From NCBI GenBank assembly GCA_024275415.1, contig JAJRZD010000016.1, positions 15,067 to 47,066 on the forward strand: DNA of 32,000 bases. Reading direction: 5' to 3'. A program made the position numbers and the translations under genes. Origin of the DNA: an archaeon. GTDB lineage: Archaea > Asgardarchaeota > Thorarchaeia > Thorarchaeales > Thorarchaeaceae. The notes under the pieces were generated by a model. It saw only the letters and a program-made list of their open reading frames with translations. It did no database searches and was not told the origin of the DNA. Of the stretch, positions 1 through 8,048 are shown in pieces (the stretch's first letter is position 1; the number at the start of each line of letters is the position of its first letter).

Positions 1-843
1 GTGACCAATGACGGCAGGACAGATGGGTTGCATATGACCTTCCAATTCAAATCTCTCAATACCAACATGAATGCCTCCTCGATTCGGAAACTCATTTCAG
101 ACTTTGAAACCCACTTCCCAGAGCCCTATATCCCAACATGGGTGTTTTCCAACCATGACCAGATGCGCCGAATCAGCAAGTTGGGAAATGATATCCCCCT
201 AGCCAAGCTCAATGCAGTTCTACAGCTCACTGCCAGAGGAGTGCCGTTCATCTATTATGGGGAGGAGATCGGGATGCTTGACCACAACATATCCCTCCAT
301 GATGCACAAGATCCAGTGGCTCGAAAATACAGTTGGCTCCCACGTCCATTACTTGCTCTCATCACTCGCGGGGGCAAGATATCTCTGAATAGGGACAATT
401 GCCGTACACCGATGCAATGGGACTCGTCAGACAACGCCGGTTTCACCGGGTCCGAAGTCCATCCGTGGTTACCTTTAGAACCGCGCTACCATAGCATCAA
501 TGTTGAAAGACAGGAGAGCGATATGGACTCGTTGCTGAATTGCTACAAGACACTCCTTCAAATCAGAAAAAGAAATCCCGCTCTGCATGCGGGATCAATG
601 CACCTTCACCCATCCAACACAGCGTCAAAGCATCTCATTGTATATGATCGCAAATACAGAAGGAATGATATGGTGGGGCAGTCCTTACGGATTCTGTTGA
701 ACCTCTCACGCACACCTATGGAAGTGGATAGGATTGACAGTGATTGTGTGCTTCTCTTTTCGACACACAAAGACACACATCCACTTGATGATAGGGATGT
801 GATTTTGGAGCCCTTTGAAGGGATAATCCTTGACATACAATGA
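1..843 (+). CDS. GH13 alpha-glucosidase/oligo-1,6-glucosidase family, C-terminal part (begins upstream of window)
   Basis: WVFSNHD (catalytic region IV), GVPFIYYGEEIGM, RDNCRTPMQW and PWLP motifs; frame open from base 1. Confidence 0.9.
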   Translation: MTNDGRTDGLHMTFQFKSLNTNMNASSIRKLISDFETHFPEPYIPTWVFSNHDQMRRISKLGNDIPLAKLNAVLQLTARGVPFIYYGEEIGMLDHNISLHDAQDPVARKYSWLPRPLLALITRGGKISLNRDNCRTPMQWDSSDNAGFTGSEVHPWLPLEPRYHSINVERQESDMDSLLNCYKTLLQIRKRNPALHAGSMHLHPSNTASKHLIVYDRKYRRNDMVGQSLRILLNLSRTPMEVDRIDSDCVLLFSTHKDTHPLDDRDVILEPFEGIILDIQ

Positions 844-858
844 TTCGCTCCGTTATTC

Positions 859-864
859 TTATAA
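859..864 (+). promoter_or_regulatory. Putative TATA box of tRNA-Pro
   Basis: TTATAA about 32 nt upstream of the mature tRNA 5' end. Confidence 0.5.
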
Positions 865-895
865 CTGGACGCAACATACCAGAGCAATGACCAAT

Positions 896-1033
896 GGGTC
901 GGTGGTCTAGCTTGGCTACAATTGGTCTACATGACCCGTTGCCAAAAATGATTCTTGGTTTGGGACCAAGAACGACTCGCCATCTTGGCAAGAGTCCAAG
1001 GGATCCCCGGTTCGAATCCGGGCCGGCCCACCA
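896..1033 (+). tRNA. tRNA-Pro(TGG) with two introns (918-947 in the D-loop, 965-994 at 37/38); CCA encoded
   Basis: Acceptor GGGTCGG/CCGGCCC, A73, CCA; T-arm CCCGG-TTCGAAT-CCGGG; anticodon stem CTTGG(954-958)/CCAAG(996-1000), anticodon TGG 961-963; both introns fold into BHB-type motifs; spliced product is 78 nt. Confidence 0.92.
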
Positions 1034-1077
1034 TCCCATTTCTTTCATGGCGATACCTAGTGGTGCTTAGTCTGTAT

Positions 1078-1995
1078 TCAGACACTCGTGTTCAATTTCT
1101 TGAGAATTATCTGTTGAAGGGCCACTCCTGCCTGAAACACATGGGCATAGTTGAAACCCCATGGAATGACCACTCCTTCTGCCTGTTGGTTTTCCCGCAG
1201 TTCAATATCATCCCTCAAGAGGCAGCATTTCGCCAAGAACACGCCCTCTTCGGGTAGATTTCGGGCTGGACAGATATCATCAAAAGCATTGACATCAGCC
1301 CCACAAGCATCTGCGGCCTCTCGTGTACGCTGGCATCCGATTACATGTATCGACTGACGACTGACTTTATACAGATCCTTATCCACTGAATAGACTTTCT
1401 GCGGTACTCGATCAATGATTTCTGTGAACCTGCAGGGGATAAGGACGTCTTTCCCATGGATCCGTTCAACCAGCTCTCCTTCATCGATTAGGTGGAACCT
1501 CACAGGATAGCTTTCCGGAATCATCCCTGAATACCGGAGCACATCGAATGCAGCCTCAAGTTTGCTTGGTGACGGAGGAATGACATCTACTACTTGAATC
1601 ACTGGTAATTCAAGAGGCTCCTTGAGATAGGCGAACGTGATATGGTCGTGCTTTGAGATGAAGACCTTGATTTCGGGCTCCTTCAGCCCTACCTCATTCC
1701 TGCTTAGCCAACAAAGGACATCAAGGATGTTGGACAGGTCAATACTTGGGTCTTGGACAAGATGCTTGGAAACACCTGCACCTATCTCTTTGATGCCCGA
1801 AATCCTGATGAATGGCTCCTCTACTGATGTTCCCTGGATGGCATATACCCCCAGTACTCTATCATTGTCCGCATTGAGGTATACACAATACTCTGTGGTC
1901 TCATATGTGAGTGATCCCTCTAACTGCTCGATAGAATCGATCTCGGCTTCAGTGATTACCTTCACAGTCCGTGAGTGTTTCGGTATTATTGGCAT
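1078..1995 (-). CDS. Conserved Cys-motif hypothetical protein (resembles the DUF7714-type family; possible Fe-S or metal binder)
   Basis: ATG 1995 preceded by GGAGGT that overlaps the upstream rSAM stop; motifs HITF, DVIPPSPSKL, PC, GC, ICP, KCC, IPWG. Family name is from recall, not a search. Confidence 0.8.
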   Translation of the reverse strand: MPIIPKHSRTVKVITEAEIDSIEQLEGSLTYETTEYCVYLNADNDRVLGVYAIQGTSVEEPFIRISGIKEIGAGVSKHLVQDPSIDLSNILDVLCWLSRNEVGLKEPEIKVFISKHDHITFAYLKEPLELPVIQVVDVIPPSPSKLEAAFDVLRYSGMIPESYPVRFHLIDEGELVERIHGKDVLIPCRFTEIIDRVPQKVYSVDKDLYKVSRQSIHVIGCQRTREAADACGADVNAFDDICPARNLPEEGVFLAKCCLLRDDIELRENQQAEGVVIPWGFNYAHVFQAGVALQQIILKKLNTSV

Positions 1996-2000
1996 CTCTA

Positions 2001-2996
2001 TTACCTCCAGCACAAGGGATCCGGGATATCAAGTCTGCCTGTGGTTTCGAATGCAGCAGCACGACAACCGCCCCTACATATGTCAGCGAACTCACATGAC
2101 ACGCATTTTCCACTCACTCTCTTTTCTCTCCACTCGCGAAGAAATGGGGCATCATTCCATATCTCCTCTAATGTCCTTTCTCTCAGATTTCCAAGTATGT
2201 AATGGGTATACCCGCACGGCTGCACATCTCCAGTACTTGCCACGAATGCCAATTTCTCTCCGCAATCACAACAATCGCTGTATTCTACAAACTCGCTCCC
2301 GAGCAAGAATGGGTATGATGGTGTCAGGAACTGTACGTGCTCCCTCTCTATCTGTGAGTCAGATTTGATTGCTTCCAACAATGAAGTAACGGCAAACATA
2401 TGCTGCTCACGGGAGAGGGTTTCATCTATGTTCTTGCCTCTACCTGATGGCACAAGAGGCTTGACAATTATCCCCTGCCCTCCTCGTTTCATCACAATGT
2501 GCAGAATCTCTCTTAGCTCATTGAAATTGAACGAGGTTATTGTGACCCTTGCATATACATCTATTCCTTTGCTGAAGCAATTTTCAATCGCACTCAGAGC
2601 TCGTTCGTGTGATCCCCTTGTCCCTCTAAATGAATCGTGTTTTTCAGGTATGCTACTGTCGATACTGACCTGTACTCGGCCTAATCCAGCATCCTTCAGG
2701 CTCTTGGCCGTGGACATGTCCAAGAACCAGCCGTTCGTGTTGAGTGTCGTGACTACTGGGGTTTCTTTAATCTTATTCAGCATTCCTAGAACCAAGCTCA
2801 ACCTTAGTAGAGGCTCTCCCCCAGTAAAGCTAATGGCCTTCACAGCAGGATGCATCAATCTATCAAATAAACGCAAGAATTCGTCGTCTGTAAGTACATC
2901 GTCTGATTGTTTCTCATTTGCGGATGCAAAACAATGTCTACAATACAGGTTACATCTGTTCGTCAACTGAATGCGAATATCTTCCGGGACTATCAA
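2001..2996 (-). CDS. Radical SAM enzyme with SPASM domain (NirJ/AhbC-D/MftC/PqqE-like)
   Basis: CNLYCRHC (CxxxCxxC), TGGEPLLR, TNG, VQVSIDS; C-terminal CCDCG...QPC...CVSC...CRGGC...DPLC; TTG start. Confidence 0.93.
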   Translation of the reverse strand: MIVPEDIRIQLTNRCNLYCRHCFASANEKQSDDVLTDDEFLRLFDRLMHPAVKAISFTGGEPLLRLSLVLGMLNKIKETPVVTTLNTNGWFLDMSTAKSLKDAGLGRVQVSIDSSIPEKHDSFRGTRGSHERALSAIENCFSKGIDVYARVTITSFNFNELREILHIVMKRGGQGIIVKPLVPSGRGKNIDETLSREQHMFAVTSLLEAIKSDSQIEREHVQFLTPSYPFLLGSEFVEYSDCCDCGEKLAFVASTGDVQPCGYTHYILGNLRERTLEEIWNDAPFLREWREKRVSGKCVSCEFADICRGGCRAAAFETTGRLDIPDPLCWR

Positions 2997-3208
2997 GGCA
3001 AATCAGATCCTACTTGAGAAAATTTGTTGTTCCAAGCTTCGACACCCGTCCTGTTAACTCTGCATTATACCAATCCTGTTTCTATTATATATGAATGGAA
3101 ATGGGAATTGGCTCACAGTCACAATTTTCCATCCGATTTGTTCGCAAAACATTTGAATCCGTCCAACTATATACTACGGCGGAAGACTTATTATTATGTC
3201 TAAATGGA

Positions 3209-3226
3209 TATATCTAACTAGATATA
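3209..3226. promoter_or_regulatory. Palindromic operator candidate TATATCTA-AC-TAGATATA
   Basis: Perfect 8-2-8 inverted repeat between an AT-rich TATA-like tract (about 3188-3197) and the ABC permease start; related site at 12820-12837. Confidence 0.6.
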
Positions 3227-3233
3227 ATCGGAT

Positions 3234-4349
3234 GTGAACCAAATGTCGCTCGCACTGAGAAACCTATACCACCAGAAATCAAAGGTCGCAATCAGTATTG
3301 CCGGAGTCACACTGAGTGTTTTTCTAATTCTTACAATGTCTGGACTCTACCTTGGATTCTCAACAATGATGGACAATATGGTGACACATTCTGGAGCAGA
3401 TCTCTGGGTAACCTCGGAAGGCGCAAGTGGCTCCTTACACAGTCCCTCTCTGCTACCTCTCAATATCCGTGAGAATCTGTCCAATATTGAGGGAGTCGAT
3501 ACTGTTTCTCCACTCATCAGACAACCATTGTCCACGACACTCAAAGATGACACGGTTCTCCTCTATATCAACGGATATGATACTGATACTGGAATGGGCG
3601 GGCCTTGGAGTATGGCATCCGGTAACTCAGACTTGGACGCAGGCGAGATTGTGATTGATAAGGTTTTGGCATCACAATATGGTTATGACATAGGCGACAA
3701 CATTACAATTGAGGAGAAGGAATTCAAGATCATTGGCCTTTCTGACAAGTCGTACATCATGATAGCATACATCATCTTCCTTTCATTTGATGATGCGAAA
3801 TCGTTCCTCCTCGAAGGAGTGACCAACTACTTCCTTGTTTCTGTTGCAGACGGATTCACAGATGAGGAGGTTAGCGCATCCATAGTTGACACGATTACAG
3901 ACGTTTCGGTATCCACCACCTCTGAAACGGCAAAAGCATACAAAGATGAGGTCATAGGAGGTTTCATCCCTGTATTCTGGATGTTGAGCGGTATTGGTTA
4001 TCTTGTGGGCATTCAAATCATTGGAGTCCTTATCCACAGCATCACAATGGAAAACTCAAAGGAATTTGGGATCCTCAAGGCCGTTGGAGCAACAAACTTC
4101 GACCTATACCGAGTTGTAGCTGTTCAAGCTTTTATTATCTCAGCCTTGGGTTTCACTATAGGGTCCATCGTTGTTCCTGTACTCATATCCATCATTCAGA
4201 CGTATGTCCCTGAGTTCGTTGTCGAGATTGACCTCCAAATGATAATGCAATCTTCATTTCTGGGCACTCTAACAGGACTGCTAACCTCTATCTTACCCGC
4301 GCGGAGGATTGCACAGATTGACCCAGCCCTCGTATTCAAGGAGGTATAA
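3234..4349 (+). CDS. ABC transporter permease, FtsX/MacB family
   Basis: N-terminal TM, large extracytoplasmic domain, three C-terminal TMs, EFGILKAVGA and PARRIAQIDP motifs; start GTG 3234 or ATG 3243. Confidence 0.9.
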   Translation: MNQMSLALRNLYHQKSKVAISIAGVTLSVFLILTMSGLYLGFSTMMDNMVTHSGADLWVTSEGASGSLHSPSLLPLNIRENLSNIEGVDTVSPLIRQPLSTTLKDDTVLLYINGYDTDTGMGGPWSMASGNSDLDAGEIVIDKVLASQYGYDIGDNITIEEKEFKIIGLSDKSYIMIAYIIFLSFDDAKSFLLEGVTNYFLVSVADGFTDEEVSASIVDTITDVSVSTTSETAKAYKDEVIGGFIPVFWMLSGIGYLVGIQIIGVLIHSITMENSKEFGILKAVGATNFDLYRVVAVQAFIISALGFTIGSIVVPVLISIIQTYVPEFVVEIDLQMIMQSSFLGTLTGLLTSILPARRIAQIDPALVFKEV

Positions 4350-4352
4350 ACC

Positions 4353-5231
4353 ATGTCTAATCAGGATTCTCATTCTCTCGATCTTGTGGTAGAATTGGAT
4401 CACGTAAGCAAAGTATACGGACATGATGCGTCCCGTGTTGTCGCTCTCGATGATACGATATTGCATGTAGAACGAGGAGAGATGGTCGTCATTATGGGCC
4501 CGTCAGGTTCTGGTAAGACAACGCTCATCCAAATCATTGGAGCTCTCCTATCCCCTACAACAGGATGTGTGAAAATAAATGGAACAGATTTGGGTGAGCT
4601 TTCTGGTAAGAAGCTCTCAAAGCTACGCCTCCGAGACATCGGATTCATCTTCCAGAACCCAAATCTACTGGCTGCATTGACTGCCCGCAGGAATGTGGAG
4701 CTGGTTCTCAATCTAAACGGAATCAAGGGTGACCTTGCACGAGAAACAGCTTTAAGATTGTTGGATCGAGTAGGTCTATCAGGACGGACTAGACATCTCC
4801 CCGCCGAATTGAGCGGAGGGGAACAGCAAAGAGTCGCAATTGCTAGGGCATTGGCAAACAGTCCCTCATTGATTCTGGCTGACGAACCAACTGCAAATCT
4901 AGATTCTAAGACAGGACACAAGATAATAGAGATGATGAAGGATATCACCAAGACCGAGGAGAGAACCGTCATCATTGCCACGCACGACCTGCGGATACGC
5001 GACGTGGCAGACCGTGTACTCTGGCTGGAAGACGGACGCCTGAGTTCTCACTGGTCAAACGGATACGCGATTGATCCGGTGTGTTTGATGCTTATCGGGA
5101 AATTGACTAAGACCACATCTGAAGTCGAGGAAGATGTATACCATTTCTGCTCGGAATCATGCATGCGGGAGTTCACAAAGGATCCCCAGAAATACATTGA
5201 ACGTAGCAAATTGGGACGTATCTCCCACTGA
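4353..5231 (+). CDS. ABC ATPase, LolD/MacB-like, with C-terminal YHS/TRASH domain
   Basis: GPSGSGKTT, LSGGEQQRVAIARAL, ILADEPT, ATHD; tail DPVCLM...YHFCSESCMREFTKDPQKY. Confidence 0.93.
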   Translation: MSNQDSHSLDLVVELDHVSKVYGHDASRVVALDDTILHVERGEMVVIMGPSGSGKTTLIQIIGALLSPTTGCVKINGTDLGELSGKKLSKLRLRDIGFIFQNPNLLAALTARRNVELVLNLNGIKGDLARETALRLLDRVGLSGRTRHLPAELSGGEQQRVAIARALANSPSLILADEPTANLDSKTGHKIIEMMKDITKTEERTVIIATHDLRIRDVADRVLWLEDGRLSSHWSNGYAIDPVCLMLIGKLTKTTSEVEEDVYHFCSESCMREFTKDPQKYIERSKLGRISH

Positions 5232-5454
5232 ATGACATCCATCAGGCCAACATCAGCCAAATTACATCGTAGTTATCATCTAGGATGGATACAGATATAA
5301 TGCCATTGCAAACCACTTACAAACACAGAGTCATTTTGGTTCTTGAGGCGTATATTGGTCGGTTACCGGTATCATCCATCTCATTCTTATTGTGTCTATA
5401 TGCCATTCTTTTTGATAAGCAATGTATAATACTATATTACCACTTTCCTGAACC

Positions 5455-5468
5455 GGTGACATGTCACC
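5455..5468. promoter_or_regulatory. Perfect 14-bp palindrome GGTGACATGTCACC upstream of the copZ-copA-like genes
   Basis: Self-complementary, between an AT-rich tract (5421-5440) and the AGGAG RBS; function inferred only. Confidence 0.35.
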
Positions 5469-5490
5469 CCTCTCTAGGAGATATCACACT

Positions 5491-5742
5491 TTGACTAGCA
5501 TCCACCAGACGAAGTTCATCATCAAACAGAAGGCAATCCATTGTGCAAGCTGTGAGAATAGAATACGCACTGTATTAGGTTCGATTCCTGGAATTCTGGT
5601 AGTGACAGCAAGCCATTCAACTCAGGAGGTTATGGTAAGCTATGACCAATCTCAAATTGACGCAGAAAGCATCATGCAAGTTCTTGATCGGATGGGCTTT
5701 CCCGCATCCTATTCCAGCGAAGGCGGTTCCGAGGAGCAATAG
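5491..5742 (+). CDS. HMA-domain metal chaperone (CopZ-like)
   Basis: HCASC motif and HMA pattern; TTG 5491 follows AGGAG, a better start than ORF-track 5461. Confidence 0.85.
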   Translation: MTSIHQTKFIIKQKAIHCASCENRIRTVLGSIPGILVVTASHSTQEVMVSYDQSQIDAESIMQVLDRMGFPASYSSEGGSEEQ

Positions 5743-7959
5743 GTGGGCAAGGATATGACCGATGATTCAGGCATAAACGCAGTCACTGATAAGCTGCTTG
5801 TCAATCTTGGAGGACTCCAGTGTTCATTCTGTGTGGGGAGTATCAGGCAGGCAGTTCTGAGAATGGATGGGATCAAAGACGTATCCGTGAGCTTGAGCCA
5901 TGAAAAAGCGCTCATAGAATATGACCCTGCAGTTCAGACCCCGGATGCCATTAAGGGAACTCTGAAGAGTATCGGTTTCACCATCAGAGATCCAGATAAG
6001 TTACGCAGTTTTGAAGAGGAAGCAGAAGAGATTTCTCGTGAGAAGAAACGTCTCATCGTAACTGGAATCCTGACTTTCATCGGTGTTGCTTTGATGGTGC
6101 TGATGTGGATCGGCTTTTCAATTCCCTTTGGACCCAGCATAATGCTTTCCTTGGCACTCTTGACAATGTTTGGTCCTGGCTTATACATCATGCGGATGGC
6201 TGGAGCGTCTTTGAGAAGAGGAATACTGAATCAGCATGTTCTCCTCGAAGCTGCAGCCTTCGGAGGTCTGCTGGGAGGCATCATCGGTACGATGACCCAG
6301 CCATGGCCCATCATGGACTTCTTTGCAGTATCGGTATTTGTGACCGCATATCATATCCTCTCTGGCTATGTATCTCTTAGCGTCCGAGCGCGTTCGTCAC
6401 AGGCAATCAAGAAGCTCATGGATCTCCAACCAGCAACAGCCCGTGTCATTGGCCCTGACGATGTTGAAACTGAGATCCCGATTGAGGATGTAGAGCAGGG
6501 CTGTCTTGTCAAGGTGTTGCCAGGCGAACGCATCCCTGTCGATGGCATAGTACGAACTGGGGTGTCTTCAGTTGATGAAAGCCTTGTCACCGGTGAGCCA
6601 CTCCCAGCCCCAAAAGAGAGAGGCGACGAGGTGATTGGAGGTTCGATGAACCAGAGAGGTTTCCTCATTATCGAAGTGACTAAAGTAGGGGAAGAATCCT
6701 TTCTACAGCAAATTGCGAACCATATCCGCGAAGCACGAGCACTCAAGCCTGACATCGTCATTCTAGTTGACCGCGTTCTGAAGTATTTCGTCCGTGGTGT
6801 GCTCTTGGCTGCATTTGGGGCGTTTATCTTCTGGACTTTTGGTGCTTGGATACTTTTCGGCGTTCCAAATCTTGAATTGGGTGTTTTTGCGACTCTAGCT
6901 GTCCTTGTCATGGGCTATCCTTGTGCCCTTGGGATGGCGACCCCCCTCGCTCTGATTCGAGGAAGTGGGCAGGCCGCTCAAAGAGGAGTGTTGATCCGGT
7001 CAGGAGAGGCATTTCAGGCATTCAAGGATGTCCGAAGTATCGCTTTTGATAAGACTGGCACGCTCACTCTGGGACAACCTAGTGTGATAGAAATCGTAGC
7101 CGTCAATGGGTTCACAGAATCGGAGGTTCTATCTTATGCAGCTAGTCTAGAAACAAACTCCGAGCATCCCCTGGCCCGTGCTGTTATTGAAAGAGCCGTC
7201 AATGATGATGTGCGATTGGGTCCAGCCACCGCCTTCGAAGCAGTCCCTGGAAAGGGTGTGCGTGGGTACGTGATGGATGCAGCCGTACTTGTGGGGAGTC
7301 CAACATTCCTTGAAACGGAAAGCGTGCGAATGAGCGATTCTTCCGAGCAGATAGAAATGATACAGAAAGCGGGTTTGACTGTAATTGCTGTCAGTGTGAA
7401 CAAAACATTGGCAGGTATGGTTGCTATCGGTGACCCTCTCAAAGATGATGCAAAGGAAACAGTTATCGGATTGCAGGCAAAGGGCATTGAACCTGTCATG
7501 GTCACAGGAGATAATGAACGCACCGCCCATGCGATTGCAGAACAATTGGGGATCGCCGAGGTACACGCCGGGGTATTACCACATGAAAAGACCGTAATGA
7601 TCAGGAGCCTTCAGAAGCATGGCAATCGGGTTGCGATGGTCGGTGACGGGATTAATGACGCACCGGCACTCATGCAATCAGATATTGGGATTGCAATTGG
7701 TGCAGGGAGTGATATCGCAATAGAGTCTGCTGATATCGTGATTGTGGGCGATAGACTGAAGGGTGTGATTGATGCGTACGATGTTTGCAGGTCTAGCTAT
7801 AGAAAGACTGTTCAGAATGTGTCACTTGCGTTCTTGTTCAACGGAATTGGCATACCCTTTGCAGTAGCGGGGCTGCTACATCCGGTATGGGCAATGATTG
7901 CCATGGCTGGAAGCGTCACAGCAGTCCTGATGAACTCATTCATTCGATTTAAGAAGTGA
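5743..7959 (+). CDS. copA: P1B-type ATPase, CopA-like, with atypical YPC motif
   Basis: N-terminal HMA CSFC, TGEP, YPC, DKTGT, SEHPL, TGDN, GDGINDAP; directly follows the CopZ-like gene. Confidence 0.88.
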   Translation: MGKDMTDDSGINAVTDKLLVNLGGLQCSFCVGSIRQAVLRMDGIKDVSVSLSHEKALIEYDPAVQTPDAIKGTLKSIGFTIRDPDKLRSFEEEAEEISREKKRLIVTGILTFIGVALMVLMWIGFSIPFGPSIMLSLALLTMFGPGLYIMRMAGASLRRGILNQHVLLEAAAFGGLLGGIIGTMTQPWPIMDFFAVSVFVTAYHILSGYVSLSVRARSSQAIKKLMDLQPATARVIGPDDVETEIPIEDVEQGCLVKVLPGERIPVDGIVRTGVSSVDESLVTGEPLPAPKERGDEVIGGSMNQRGFLIIEVTKVGEESFLQQIANHIREARALKPDIVILVDRVLKYFVRGVLLAAFGAFIFWTFGAWILFGVPNLELGVFATLAVLVMGYPCALGMATPLALIRGSGQAAQRGVLIRSGEAFQAFKDVRSIAFDKTGTLTLGQPSVIEIVAVNGFTESEVLSYAASLETNSEHPLARAVIERAVNDDVRLGPATAFEAVPGKGVRGYVMDAAVLVGSPTFLETESVRMSDSSEQIEMIQKAGLTVIAVSVNKTLAGMVAIGDPLKDDAKETVIGLQAKGIEPVMVTGDNERTAHAIAEQLGIAEVHAGVLPHEKTVMIRSLQKHGNRVAMVGDGINDAPALMQSDIGIAIGAGSDIAIESADIVIVGDRLKGVIDAYDVCRSSYRKTVQNVSLAFLFNGIGIPFAVAGLLHPVWAMIAMAGSVTAVLMNSFIRFKK

Positions 7960-8048
7960 GGACTCCTTATGGACGTTATTGGTTATTCGGCGTTTTCCGT
8001 CAGCGGCCGACTACACGATCCATAAAGACACATCTGGCAATTACCACA

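Noticed and set aside
716-1257. ORFs 716-1048(-) and 955-1257(+)
   Set aside because: They overlap tRNA-Pro and neighbouring genes and have no protein motifs; shadow ORFs
2997-3233. Precursor peptide for the rSAM enzyme in the divergent intergenic region (e.g. MNGNGNWLTVTIFHPICSQNI at 3091-3156)
   Set aside because: Only very short ORFs without an RBS or RiPP-like features, overlapping promoter elements; unsupported
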